From an uncultured Spirochaetales bacterium (GTDB lineage: Bacteria > Spirochaetota > Spirochaetia > SPDA01 > CAZSGZ01), in the NCBI GenBank assembly GCA_964440465.1, contig CAYTSI010000007.1, positions 1-59,101 on the forward strand: a stretch of 59,101 nucleotides of DNA, in the 5' to 3' direction. Within the stretch, counting starts at the first letter, position 1, and each line of letters starts with the position of its first letter. Position numbers and translations under genes: made by a program. Of this stretch, positions 8,991 to 18,458 are shown one piece after another. The notes beneath the pieces are model-generated. The model saw only the letters and a program-made list of their open reading frames with translations, searched no databases and had not been told where the DNA came from.

Positions 8991-10227
8991 CTATTTCGGC
9001 GAATACGGGGGAAGTTACGTTGCCGAAATCCTCCGGTCGCCGATTGAAGAGTTGTCGGAGGCCTTCAGGGCCGCCGTGAAAGACCCGGGTTTTCGGGAAG
9101 AGTATGAGCGGTACGGAAAAGAGTATGTCGGCCGCCCGACACCGCTGTTGTACGCCGAAAACGCAACCCGCGCGTTGCGGGGGGGCCGGATCTATATTAA
9201 ACTCGAAGGGCTCGCGAATACCGGGGCCCATAAAATTAACAATGCCCTTGGTCAGGCGCTGCTGGCAAAACGGATGGGAAAGACCCGGATTATTGCCGAA
9301 ACCGGGGCGGGGCAGCACGGCGTGGCCGCCGCCGCGGTGTGCGCGAAGCTCGGCCTCGAGTGTACGGTGTATATGGGAACGGTGGACATGCGGCGGCAGC
9401 GGCCGAACGTGTTCTGGATGGAACAGTACGGCGCGGAAGTGGTGCCGGTGGGTTCCGGGTCGGCAACGCTGAAAGACGCCATCAACGACGCGCTGCGGGA
9501 CTGGGCGGGAAGCTACCCCGCTACACACTATGTAATCGGGTCCGCCCTCGGCCCCGCGCCCTATCCGGCCATGGTACGGGAGTTTCAGTCGGTTGTAGGA
9601 AAGGAAACGGAGGAACAGCTGCGGGCGGCAGGCGTCCGCGCGGAAGCGATGATAGCCTGTGTCGGCGGAGGGTCTAACGCCATCGGCTTTTTCTACCCCT
9701 TTTTGGAAACCGCCGGACCGAAAGACGGCGGGCCGAGGCTGATCGGCGTGGAAGCCGGGGGCAGAGGGTCCGGGAGAGGGGACCACGCGGCACGAATGTC
9801 CGGTGAGGGTGTTACCGGCATTGTCCACGGATACAAGAGTAAGTTTCTTTTAGACGAAGACGGCCAGGTGGGAAAGACCCACAGCATTAGCGCGGGGCTG
9901 GATTATCCGGGGATCGGCCCGGAGCTGGCCCGCCGCGGGGAAACCGGGAGGATCGAGTTTACCACGGCAACCGACGAAGAGGCCTTGTCCGCCGTAACGT
10001 TTTTTGCCCGGCAGGAAGGGATTATGTTCGCCCTGGAATCGGCCCATGCCGGGGCCGCCGCAGTCCGTCTTGCTCCCGAGCTTGCCGCGGACAAGGCCGT
10101 TGTCGTCAATATGTCCGGCAGAGGAGATAAGGACCTGTTTATTACCGCGGGGGCCTTGGCGCCCGGTCCCTGGGCGCGCTTTTTACGGGATGAAGCTGAC
10201 AGTTATGGAAAAACCGATGAAACATAA
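8971..10227 (+). CDS. trpB: Tryptophan synthase beta chain (TrpB1 type)
   Basis: FGEYGGSYV, LEGLANTGAHKINN (PLP lysine), ETGAGQHG and GGGSNAIG motifs. It overlaps the trpC end by 20 nt. Confidence 0.92.
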   Translation: MNMEYSDYFGEYGGSYVAEILRSPIEELSEAFRAAVKDPGFREEYERYGKEYVGRPTPLLYAENATRALRGGRIYIKLEGLANTGAHKINNALGQALLAKRMGKTRIIAETGAGQHGVAAAAVCAKLGLECTVYMGTVDMRRQRPNVFWMEQYGAEVVPVGSGSATLKDAINDALRDWAGSYPATHYVIGSALGPAPYPAMVREFQSVVGKETEEQLRAAGVRAEAMIACVGGGSNAIGFFYPFLETAGPKDGGPRLIGVEAGGRGSGRGDHAARMSGEGVTGIVHGYKSKFLLDEDGQVGKTHSISAGLDYPGIGPELARRGETGRIEFTTATDEEALSAVTFFARQEGIMFALESAHAGAAAVRLAPELAADKAVVVNMSGRGDKDLFITAGALAPGPWARFLRDEADSYGKTDET

Positions 10228-11086
10228 CAACTACCCGGAACGGATCAATCTCATGGCCCATATGGTGGCGGGATATCCCGATTTCCGGCGGGCGGATACC
10301 GTTGCAGCCGCCATTGTCGACGGAGGCGCCTCCTACCTGGAAATACAGTTTCCCTACAGCGACCCCTCCGCGGACGGGCCGGTTATTCAGCGGGCCTGTT
10401 CTTCGGCGCTGCACGCGGGGTTTACCAAAACGAAGGGCTTTTCTTTTGTACGGGAAACCGTTTTACGGTACGGCCTGCCGGTTTTTATTATGAGTTACGC
10501 GGGGCTTGTATATTCCGGGGGGGTGCGGACCTTTGTCAAGCAGGCGAGGGACACCGGCGCCTTCGGGCTTATTGTTCCCGATCTTACTCCCGGCTATGAC
10601 GAGGAGCTGTACCGTTTCGGACGGGAAGCCGGGCTTGCCGTTGTCCCGGTGGTTGCTCCGTCCATAAACGACGAACGGCTGAAGCGGGTTGCCGGTGAGG
10701 CCCCCGAGTTTATTTACGCGGCATTGCGCGCGGGTGTTACCGGGGACAAGACAAAATTGGGAAGGCGGGAGCTGCAGTTTATCCGGCGTCTTGCCGGTAC
10801 GGGCGCGAAAATCTGCGCGGGTTTCGGAATCAGGACGAGGGAACAGATGACCGTACTGTCACCCCATGTCCATGCCCTCATTATAGGATCGATGATTGTC
10901 GGCATTATTGAAAAATTCGCGGATTCCGGAGATACTGTACTGTATACGGAAGTTCGCGACAGCATCCGCTGTCTGGTAACAGGCGGCAGCGGGACCGGGG
11001 GAAAAGAACGGGACAGTGGGCAAAAAAAAGAAACTAACGGCAGAGGAAATCGAACGGGCGGTACGGAAAGTCAGGGCCCGGTATAA
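10190..11086 (+). CDS. trpA: Tryptophan synthase alpha chain (with an unusual Gly/Lys/Arg-rich C-terminal extension)
   Basis: LEIQFPYSDPSADGPVIQ active-site region and GFGIRT phosphate loop. In-frame ATGs at 10190, 10205 and 10217 all overlap the trpB end, so the start is uncertain. The frame stays open to 11086. Confidence 0.8.
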   Translation: MKLTVMEKPMKHNNYPERINLMAHMVAGYPDFRRADTVAAAIVDGGASYLEIQFPYSDPSADGPVIQRACSSALHAGFTKTKGFSFVRETVLRYGLPVFIMSYAGLVYSGGVRTFVKQARDTGAFGLIVPDLTPGYDEELYRFGREAGLAVVPVVAPSINDERLKRVAGEAPEFIYAALRAGVTGDKTKLGRRELQFIRRLAGTGAKICAGFGIRTREQMTVLSPHVHALIIGSMIVGIIEKFADSGDTVLYTEVRDSIRCLVTGGSGTGGKERDSGQKKETNGRGNRTGGTESQGPV

Positions 11087-11831
11087 CGACTACATTATCC
11101 GCTACATGAAGCCTCCTTCGGTTAAGGATGATTTCGAATTCCGGTATGCTCAGGTCCGGAGAATAAACGCCGACATCTCCTCCTTTCTGCATGCTGAAAT
11201 ATCCGCCCTGAAGGAGCTTATTCAGCGTGAAGAACAGCGGCTGGCGCAAAAAGCGGCCCCCCGAAAGAAGGAAAAAGGACCCGATTTTGCCGATAGGATT
11301 ATGGAACAGCACCGGAAGCAGATCGAGAAATATCCCGACCTCGAACTGCCGGCTAACGCTTCCTTTGAAATTCGCAAGCTTTTCGGGATGCTGAAGGCGT
11401 TTGACGCGGAATATTGGACCGATGTCCTGAAGCTGATGCGGGAGATAAAAGCTGTCGTGGGATACGGGACAAGGACGCGGCTCGAGGCCGAAGAGGCGGA
11501 CTTGTGTGTTCCCCTCCGGAATACGGTCCCCGCGGCGCTGCACCGGTACTGTCTGCTGGTAGAGGCCTCCGATCCGGACTGGTACGCGGTGGAAAAGGAG
11601 CAAAAAAACTGCATTCTCGCCGCTGCCTTTTTTCTGCACCGGGCGGTGAAGGTCTGCGAGGCGGGCCTAAAAATGGGAGAATTGGAGGAAGAAATGCAAA
11701 AAAGGGTGGAAAATGTTTTGATTTTTCTGCATAGTGTACTAACAGATTTCCGTCTGCGTGATCTAAAACCGGCAGACTTAGAGGAGTTTTACAATGGGCG
11801 CGGAAGTAACAATTACACAAGACACATTTAA
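11016..11831 (+). CDS. Hypothetical protein (271 aa, helical, charged)
   Basis: ORF opening with GTG at 11016 inside the trpA tail; an internal ATG at about 11106 is an alternative. It overlaps the trxA start by 38 nt. No recognisable motif. Confidence 0.45.
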   Translation: MGKKKKLTAEEIERAVRKVRARYNDYIIRYMKPPSVKDDFEFRYAQVRRINADISSFLHAEISALKELIQREEQRLAQKAAPRKKEKGPDFADRIMEQHRKQIEKYPDLELPANASFEIRKLFGMLKAFDAEYWTDVLKLMREIKAVVGYGTRTRLEAEEADLCVPLRNTVPAALHRYCLLVEASDPDWYAVEKEQKNCILAAAFFLHRAVKVCEAGLKMGELEEEMQKRVENVLIFLHSVLTDFRLRDLKPADLEEFYNGRGSNNYTRHI

Positions 11832-12117
11832 GAAAGAAGTTCTCGAGTCCGACATTCCCGTATTAGTTGATTTTTGGGCCGATTGGTGCGTGCCGTGTAA
11901 AATGGTCGCGCCGATTTTAGAAGAAATTTCCGATGACTATCAGGGGAAAATAAAAATCGGCAAATTCAACGTCGATCAGGGCGCGGACATAGCGGCACAG
12001 TACAATGTGGTAAGTATTCCCACCATGCTTCTGTTTAAAAACGGAGAAGTTGTGGACCAGAAGATTGGTGCCGGTTCAAAAAAAGATATCGAGGCGCTTT
12101 TTCTGGACCATCTGTAA
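11794..12117 (+). CDS. trxA: Thioredoxin (active site WCVPC)
   Basis: 107 aa with a thioredoxin fold signature: VLVDFWADWCVPCKMVAP...SIPTMLLFKNG. Confidence 0.88.
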   Translation: MGAEVTITQDTFKKEVLESDIPVLVDFWADWCVPCKMVAPILEEISDDYQGKIKIGKFNVDQGADIAAQYNVVSIPTMLLFKNGEVVDQKIGAGSKKDIEALFLDHL

Positions 12118-12134
12118 AAGGCCCGCCGCGGCTG

Positions 12135-13157
12135 TTAGGGGACGTATACTTCGTCGCTGTTCACCCTTCCGAACGTGTAGGTGCTTGTCGGGACAATGTG
12201 CCAGTCCTCTTTCGAGTCGGTGTCCTCCGAACTGCTGCTCCTGCACATCGACCTGGTCGCGGTGCTGTCCTCCGGGTCAATAGCATCCTCCGGAGCAATC
12301 AGCTCTCCCGCGTATTTCCAGCCCCCCGCTTCCGCCAGTTCATCGGCCCGTTCCATCACCTTCCGCGTCCCGAAGCCCCGGTATTTTTCATCGGACGCCG
12401 ATGTTCTGTTGCTGTACAGTACCCCGTCGATCAGTTCTCCTTCGGGACTGGTATACAGGGCTATAACGCCGTTGTTGCCCGACAGCCCGGACCCCCCGGG
12501 CACCCAAAAATCGTATGCATCAGCAGACGCGTCGAGTCCTCCCGACTCATCGGTAGATTCGGTTTCGTCAATTTCCTCCGGAATTCCTTCGGGTTTACAG
12601 TGAAGAAGGATATATGTTCCCCCTTCCACTTCCATGGGAGGGAGTACCAGTTTGTGTTCCCAGTTTGTTTTTGTCCCCTCATACAAGGTAACCCCCGCCG
12701 TGTTTCCGGCGCTGAAGGCAAAAAGCTCTACCAGGTCCGGATGATTTCCGCTGCCCTGGGTGGTAAATTCATTGATGCACAAGCCGGGAATGTTCGGATT
12801 AAAGCCGTAAAACGGGGCGAGAATGTCCATGCTGTTGCCCCTGCTGTCTTCCACGGAAATTGCAAGGGTATATTCGGTCCCAAGCTGCTGCGGTTCGGCA
12901 AAGGTGATGATGACCTTGTTTTCAGCGGAATCGACCGAGGCCACCGCGAGGCCGGGGACGATCTGCAGCGTGCCTTCGATAAGCGCGGCGGGCTTGCTGA
13001 ACTCCATCTCTACCGTTGTGTTTCCCGGTACCGAAAATGACAGCAGCTGCGGCGGATGCAGGTCGGCTTCCGATATTTCCCTGCGGTCGGAAATAGGCAG
13101 ACAGCCCGTTGTGAGTATTACAAGAAGCGGAAAAATGGTACTTTGTATAGTTTTCAT
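12135..13157 (-). CDS. Lipoprotein with lamin-tail (LTD)-like domain
   Basis: Signal peptide with lipobox LTTGC. The central segment INEFTTQGSGNHPDLVELFAFS resembles the LTD motif. RBS AGGAGG. Confidence 0.6.
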   Translation of the reverse strand: MKTIQSTIFPLLVILTTGCLPISDRREISEADLHPPQLLSFSVPGNTTVEMEFSKPAALIEGTLQIVPGLAVASVDSAENKVIITFAEPQQLGTEYTLAISVEDSRGNSMDILAPFYGFNPNIPGLCINEFTTQGSGNHPDLVELFAFSAGNTAGVTLYEGTKTNWEHKLVLPPMEVEGGTYILLHCKPEGIPEEIDETESTDESGGLDASADAYDFWVPGGSGLSGNNGVIALYTSPEGELIDGVLYSNRTSASDEKYRGFGTRKVMERADELAEAGGWKYAGELIAPEDAIDPEDSTATRSMCRSSSSEDTDSKEDWHIVPTSTYTFGRVNSDEVYVP

Positions 13158-13259
13158 AATGTCCTCCTGTTAGTAGTAACAGGGAAAATGCAAATGCTGA
13201 TTCAAGGTTTCTCATTTTATTGGAATTTTTTGCCGAAAATTACGAAATAAGGAGTTTGT

Positions 13260-13874
13260 ATGGCTGACAACGCGTTATTTTCAAAGTACGGGAAAACAAT
13301 TGACGAAGGAAAGGTAATTTTCCACGAAGGTGAGGAAGGAGACCGGATGTACATTATTGAAGAAGGAACGGTCCGGATTTCCAAGAAAATAAGCGGGAAG
13401 GAGTATACCCTCGCGGTACTGCCGAAAGGGGAATTTTTCGGTGAAATGGCCCTGGTAAGCAGGACGAAACGAAGCGCGACTGCAATCGCCGCCGATACCG
13501 TTCGGCTATTGGAGTTTGATCGGCAGGGTTTTTTGGGGATGATTGAAAAAAATGCAAAAATAGCTTTGAATATTATCGATAAACTGAGCAGACGGCTGCA
13601 GCAGGCGAACCAGCAGATCCAGTATCTCAAGCAGAAGGATGAACGGGGGCTGGTGGCCCTCCACCTGCGTTATGCCTTTACCGAAGCCGGACTTTTATCG
13701 GCCTCGCTGGACAAGACAAAAATTGCCCGGGAAGTTTCCTTGAGCCTCGAAATTCCAATTGAAAAAGTCATGGAATACATCAAGGAATTTGATGATGAAC
13801 GGGTTATCCGGGTGGACGGGAATACAATTTTTTTAGCCGATTACGACAAGCTTTCAAAAACTGCCGGAAATTAA
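13260..13874 (+). CDS. Crp/Fnr-family transcriptional regulator (cyclic-nucleotide-binding domain)
   Basis: cNMP-binding motif FFGEMALVSRTKRSATA and a C-terminal HTH-like region. RBS AAGGAG. Confidence 0.8.
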   Translation: MADNALFSKYGKTIDEGKVIFHEGEEGDRMYIIEEGTVRISKKISGKEYTLAVLPKGEFFGEMALVSRTKRSATAIAADTVRLLEFDRQGFLGMIEKNAKIALNIIDKLSRRLQQANQQIQYLKQKDERGLVALHLRYAFTEAGLLSASLDKTKIAREVSLSLEIPIEKVMEYIKEFDDERVIRVDGNTIFLADYDKLSKTAGN

Positions 13875-13929
13875 AAAGTGTGATATAGTACTTAGTACAT
13901 AATAAAAAAACAGGAAAGCGGGGAAACAT

Positions 13930-15753
13930 ATGTGCGGAATTGTTGGCTACATCGGGGAACGGCAGGCTGCGGGAATATTAATTGAAGGGTTGAAGCGGCT
14001 TGAGTACCGGGGATATGACAGCGCGGGAATCGCGGTTATTACAAACAACGGGCTGGAAGTAATCAAGAAAAAAGGGAAAATTAAAAACCTCCGGTCGATA
14101 GTCCCCCCGGACCTTCCCGGCCTGTACGGGATCGGGCATACGCGCTGGGCGACCCACGGCGAGGTAAACGATATCAACGCCCACCCGCATACCGACGGAT
14201 CGAAAAAAATTGCCATTGTCCATAACGGTATTATCGAAAACTACACCACCTTAAAGGAAAAACTGGAACAAGAAGGGTTTACTTTTGTTACGGAAACGGA
14301 CAGTGAAATAATCGCGAGTTTAATCGCCTCTAATTATACGGGCTGTCTGGAAAAGGCGGTACGGGAGTCCGTGGTGCTGCTGAAAGGGACCTACGGCATC
14401 GCGTGTATTCATGTCGATGATCCCGATAAAATTGTCGGGGCACGGAACGGAAGCCCGCTTGTCCTTGGTATTGGTGATGACGAGATGTTTCTCGCGTCTG
14501 ATGTAACCGCCATGCTTGCCTACACAAAGCAGGCAATTTACCTGGAAGACGGAGAAATTGTAACCATTACCCGGGACAGTTTTGAAATTAGTGATTTACG
14601 GGAGAATGTAAAGAGTAAAAATGTCGAGTTAATCGGCTGGGAGCTGGAGGAGATCGAGAAAAGCGGATATTCCCATTTTATGGAGAAGGAAATCCACGAG
14701 CAGTCCGAATCGGTCCAGCGTGCGATGCGGGGGCGGCTGGATGTGGAACTTGCCACCGGGCATTTGGGCGGGCTGAACCTTACCAGCAAGGAGCTGCTGA
14801 ATGTCGAGCGGGTAAAGATCCTTGCCGCGGGAACATCGAGCTATGCCGGTTTGGTGGGCGCGTACCTGATGGAGAACCTTGCCCGGATCCCCTGCACCGT
14901 CGAACTTTCGTCGGAGGTGCGGTACAAAAACCCGATTGTCGAGCGAAATTCCCTCTATTTCGCCGTATCGCAGTCCGGTGAAACGGCGGACACCCTTTTT
15001 GCCATGCGGGAGCTGCAGCGGAAAGGGGCGACGGTTTTAGGCATCGTCAATGTCGTCGGCTCAACAATAGCGAGGGAGTCCGACGGCGGAGTGTATATTC
15101 ATTCCGGACCGGAAATTGCCGTGGCTTCCACGAAGGCGTTTACCTCCCAGCTGACGGTCCTCTATGTTTTTACCCTTATCATGGCGAGGATGCGGAACAT
15201 GTCCTACAGCGCCGGCCTCCGGATGGTCCGCAGTCTGCAAAACCTTCCCGATCAGATTGCCGCGCTTCTCGAGCGGAAAGAGCAGCTCCGGGACCTGGCA
15301 AAGATTTATTCGAAGGCTGAAAATTTTCTGTTTCTCGGCCGGGGAATTAATTATCCCATAGCTTTGGAAGGCGCGTTGAAATTAAAGGAGATTGCCTACA
15401 TTCACGCGGAAGGGTACAGTGCCGCGGAAATCAAGCATGGACCGATAGCGCTGATAAATGACGAAACGCCGAGTATGTTTCTCGTTCCCGATGATGAACT
15501 CCGGGACAAGGTGCTGTCCAACCTGAAAGAAGTAAAAGCGAGGAACGGAAAAGTCATTGCCTTAGCAGTGGAGGGTGACCGGGAAATTGCCGATATCGCC
15601 GACCATGTATTTTTTGTTCCGAAGGCCGACGAGATGATGTATCCTTTTTTAATGGTAGTTCCGCTGCAGATGTTCGCGTTTTACTGTGCTTTGGAACTCA
15701 ACCGGGATGTGGACCAGCCGCGTAACCTGGCAAAAAGCGTTACTGTTGAGTAG
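13930..15753 (+). CDS. glmS: Glutamine--fructose-6-phosphate aminotransferase (isomerising)
   Basis: N-terminal MCGIVGY (Cys nucleophile), two SIS domains (SQSGETADT) and a C-terminal KSVTVE. Confidence 0.95.
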   Translation: MCGIVGYIGERQAAGILIEGLKRLEYRGYDSAGIAVITNNGLEVIKKKGKIKNLRSIVPPDLPGLYGIGHTRWATHGEVNDINAHPHTDGSKKIAIVHNGIIENYTTLKEKLEQEGFTFVTETDSEIIASLIASNYTGCLEKAVRESVVLLKGTYGIACIHVDDPDKIVGARNGSPLVLGIGDDEMFLASDVTAMLAYTKQAIYLEDGEIVTITRDSFEISDLRENVKSKNVELIGWELEEIEKSGYSHFMEKEIHEQSESVQRAMRGRLDVELATGHLGGLNLTSKELLNVERVKILAAGTSSYAGLVGAYLMENLARIPCTVELSSEVRYKNPIVERNSLYFAVSQSGETADTLFAMRELQRKGATVLGIVNVVGSTIARESDGGVYIHSGPEIAVASTKAFTSQLTVLYVFTLIMARMRNMSYSAGLRMVRSLQNLPDQIAALLERKEQLRDLAKIYSKAENFLFLGRGINYPIALEGALKLKEIAYIHAEGYSAAEIKHGPIALINDETPSMFLVPDDELRDKVLSNLKEVKARNGKVIALAVEGDREIADIADHVFFVPKADEMMYPFLMVVPLQMFAFYCALELNRDVDQPRNLAKSVTVE

Positions 15754-16240
15754 TAAACAGAAATACGTTCCGGTCCTTCTCATTGTCCTGTTTTCCGCCC
15801 TGCCGATATCCTCCGCGGCACAGCAGAACAGCGGCCCGGAAAACGAGGTGGCGGTACTGCGGCGGGGTCCCATATACAGAAAAGGGCTTCCGTTCTTTCT
15901 CCCGAATGCCATTCCCTGTTTTTACGGTGTGTACCGGTTCCGGGGGACCGAAATAACGGTGTATTATACTGAAACCGCAATTTTCCGCCGCCGGCAGTGG
16001 GAAACCTTCACTTGTCCCGCTTCAGCGGGGTACATCCTTCCGGATGAGAACGCGGAGGAGCGTGTGCTTTTCATTTTTCCCGCGGAGGATCAGGGCTGGA
16101 CGGTTTTTTTTCTCATTCGGGAAGTGAGAGACGATATCTGCCTTTTTATCGATACATTTTTCAGCCGGTTCCAGTATTTTCGGGGCATTACCCGCGACCG
16201 GACCATTCCCCCCTTTCCGGCGGTCCTCGAGCTGCGGTGA
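15746..16240 (+). CDS. Secreted hypothetical protein
   Basis: The ORF frame is open from 15686 but that start overlaps glmS by 68 nt. TTG at 15746 gives a clean signal peptide (KYVPVLLIVLFSALPISSAAQQ). The start is uncertain. Confidence 0.45.
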   Translation: MSSKQKYVPVLLIVLFSALPISSAAQQNSGPENEVAVLRRGPIYRKGLPFFLPNAIPCFYGVYRFRGTEITVYYTETAIFRRRQWETFTCPASAGYILPDENAEERVLFIFPAEDQGWTVFFLIREVRDDICLFIDTFFSRFQYFRGITRDRTIPPFPAVLELR

Positions 16241-16289
16241 TTTTTTGTAAACGCGGGGCCGAATTCCTCCGATAGTTAAAGAGAGAACG

Positions 16290-17399
16290 ATGAAAAAGTA
16301 TATAAGTATAGTTTTCGTGCTGCTGATTTCAATTGGCTTCCGCGTCTCGGCGGATTTAACCATCGGAACGGATGATCTTCGGATGGAACAGAGCTTAGAC
16401 GGCGGGTATGAATTGATTATCAGGAAGAAACCCGATATTGCTTCGGTCCTCCTAACGGAGTCTACCGCCGACCCGGAGAAGCGGGTCCACTCCTACGCCC
16501 TCCGGAACCCCGAATATCATCCCGAGAACGGGGATGAACAGCGGCTGTTAGACGGCGAATTTATTGAACCGGGAAACGGTCTCTTTTCGCTTATCGACTC
16601 AACTCCGGAGGAGGACGCCGTTTTCGGCGAGGCTTTTACAATTTTTGTTCCCTACGTGGTAACTTACGGCTATCCCTGGTCCCGGGAGGGTGAAATCCAG
16701 GTCCTCGACGGCACGTGGCTGAATATCCGTGCATTCGGCGAACCGTATGCCGATTATACCGGCGGGTTTACCGATAATCCTTTCGTGCTGCGGGTCGTCC
16801 AGAAACCGCTGGAAGGTCCGCCGGAAGACAACTACATGGCCGATACGGTCGAAAACTTTACGGAAATCGCCAAAGAGGGGCGGGGAACTTCCACCCTTTC
16901 GAAAGGCTACGATGAAATGATTAAAGAGATTGAAACGATTATCGGCGGCGCTGTCGGCGACAGCCTCGACCTCGTTTTGGCTTTAGACACTACGCGGAGC
17001 ATGGAGGATGATATCCCCTACCTCCGAGACAACCTGGTACGTGTCCTCCGGGAACATACGGCCCGTTTCGAAAGCCTCCGGGTGGGCCTTGTCCTGTACC
17101 GGGACTATATGGAGCAGTATTTAACGAAAACGACACCCTTCCGGACCGGTTTGGCGGGGCTGCAGGAAGCCTTGAACAGTATCCGCGTCCGCGGCGGCCG
17201 TGACATTCCCGAAGCCGTATATGAAGCGCTGTATATGGGGATTAACGAATTCCCCTGGATGGCCGATACAAGGCAGATCATCCTTATCGGAGACGCTCCG
17301 GCCCATCCGCGGCCGAGGGGTAACGTGACGAAAGAGATGGTTTACAAGGACGCCGAAGACTGGGACGTGGAGCTGCACACAATTATTCTGCCGCAGTAG
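16290..17399 (+). CDS. Secreted VWA (von Willebrand factor A) domain protein
   Basis: Signal peptide; MIDAS-like LALDTTRSM, GGRDIPEAVYEAL and LIGDAPAHP. It is a paralogue of the VWA domain in 20381..22261. Confidence 0.75.
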   Translation: MKKYISIVFVLLISIGFRVSADLTIGTDDLRMEQSLDGGYELIIRKKPDIASVLLTESTADPEKRVHSYALRNPEYHPENGDEQRLLDGEFIEPGNGLFSLIDSTPEEDAVFGEAFTIFVPYVVTYGYPWSREGEIQVLDGTWLNIRAFGEPYADYTGGFTDNPFVLRVVQKPLEGPPEDNYMADTVENFTEIAKEGRGTSTLSKGYDEMIKEIETIIGGAVGDSLDLVLALDTTRSMEDDIPYLRDNLVRVLREHTARFESLRVGLVLYRDYMEQYLTKTTPFRTGLAGLQEALNSIRVRGGRDIPEAVYEALYMGINEFPWMADTRQIILIGDAPAHPRPRGNVTKEMVYKDAEDWDVELHTIILPQ

Positions 17400-17778
17400 T
17401 ACCGTTCATTTTCTGAAGCAGTTTATCAGCCAGAACAGGCGGCCAGGGGGGAAGGTCCGCGGCTTGATCGTTGTTGTAGAGAGAGAGGATCTCTTCAAAA
17501 CCCTCCCGGGCTTTTTCGTAATTTTCCTGTTTGTAGTGGATAAACGCAATTTCATACCGTGCGATAACGCCGTTTTGACGGTCGTTTGGAAACTGTTCTA
17601 AAACGGTGTTGTAGTAGGCAAGGGCGGTTTCGTAGTCGGACCGCTCAATTACCGCCTGCTGCGCGCGTTGGAAATATTCCGGCGGCGTTAGGTTTGTTTC
17701 GATTTCCCGCGGCCCCGATTTACATCCGGTAACCGCCGCCAGCGGGAGTAAAAAAAGGAATACTAAATGTCGTTTCAT
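17383..17778 (-). CDS. Small TPR-like lipoprotein
   Basis: Lipobox AVTGC. It has TPR-like helices (ALAYYNTVLEQFPN, YEIAFIHYKQENYEKAREGFEEIL). It overlaps the convergent VWA gene by 17 nt. Confidence 0.65.
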   Translation of the reverse strand: MKRHLVFLFLLPLAAVTGCKSGPREIETNLTPPEYFQRAQQAVIERSDYETALAYYNTVLEQFPNDRQNGVIARYEIAFIHYKQENYEKAREGFEEILSLYNNDQAADLPPWPPVLADKLLQKMNGTTAAE

Positions 17779-18083
17779 GTAGAATAAATCTCATCCTTTA
17801 TGGGAAGTGTTTTTTTCAGTTCTCGTAAAAATTCTCTCGGTTCCCCCATGGGTTCGTACGCGGGGCAGTGGTCCACTGCCCTTCTGGCAACGGTAAAATA
17901 TTTATATATCTTCTCTTCCCCCAGTTTCTTTTTCCACATGCCGGCATCACAGCGGACCCGCAGCTGATATTCGTTGTTTCCGACAGGTACCCGTACAAGC
18001 TTGCATTTACTGCAGTTAGCGCAGTAAATCTTGGAAGAAATCTCTGAAAAAACATCACTTTCAATGTCCAGGCTTTGTGCCAT
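17775..18083 (-). CDS. Small Cys-rich hypothetical protein (102 aa)
   Basis: Contains CANCSKC...RC...HC. The stop overlaps the start of the downstream lipoprotein gene (ATGA-type overlap at 17775-17778). Confidence 0.5.
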   Translation of the reverse strand: MAQSLDIESDVFSEISSKIYCANCSKCKLVRVPVGNNEYQLRVRCDAGMWKKKLGEEKIYKYFTVARRAVDHCPAYEPMGEPREFLRELKKTLPIKDEIYST

Positions 18084-18200
18084 AAGGATTGTCTCCTTGT
18101 TCTTCAGTATACTACCATGATCGACTTTTTACCGTCAATAGTTTAGTTTCCTCTCCACGGCTACAAATTTTGCCCGAAAGGGGATATACTTATACCCGCT

Positions 18201-18458
18201 ATGGGTTTATTTGATAAAAGTTTTCCCCATTATATTATTGGAAAATATTTCCCGGGAAGGATTGTTTCGTCCTTTCGAAACGGTGTCATTTTCCGCTATA
18301 TATGTCCGTCCTGTGAAAAGCATTTTAACGAGAAAGTCCCCCGCCTGTCCGGGAAACTTCCGCGGGGAATTCCCTTCCGCAGAACATGCACCTACTGCGG
18401 AGGACCGCTGAAGATCGAGAATGTTTTTGAAGACAGGAGGACGGGAAGAGGAAAATGA
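18201..18458 (+). CDS. Zinc-ribbon mini-protein (85 aa)
   Basis: CPSC...CTYC pairs. It is translationally coupled to the next ORF (ATGA at 18455-18458). Confidence 0.5.
   Translation: MGLFDKSFPHYIIGKYFPGRIVSSFRNGVIFRYICPSCEKHFNEKVPRLSGKLPRGIPFRRTCTYCGGPLKIENVFEDRRTGRGK

Noticed and set aside
8392-9828. 478-aa ORF on the minus strand, the longest non-annotated ORF. Similar long ORFs occur at 7802..8605, 6483..7172, 7197..7775 and 12198..13040.
   Set aside because: All are antisense to strongly recognisable genes (trpD, trpC-F, trpB, LTD lipoprotein). They lie in the GC-rich part of the window, where stop codons are rare, and their translations are Arg/Pro/Gly-rich low-complexity strings with no motifs.
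13166-13183. 7-bp hairpin CCTGTTA-gtag-TAACAGG overlapping the AGGAGG RBS of the LTD lipoprotein gene by 3 nt.
   Set aside because: It is short and low in stability, overlaps the SD only marginally, and has no second copy or partner element. It is probably fortuitous.
13875-13929. Possible glmS ribozyme upstream of glmS.
   Set aside because: Only 55 nt separate the Crp-like gene from glmS, far too short for the ribozyme core of about 170 nt, and no conserved ribozyme segments are seen.
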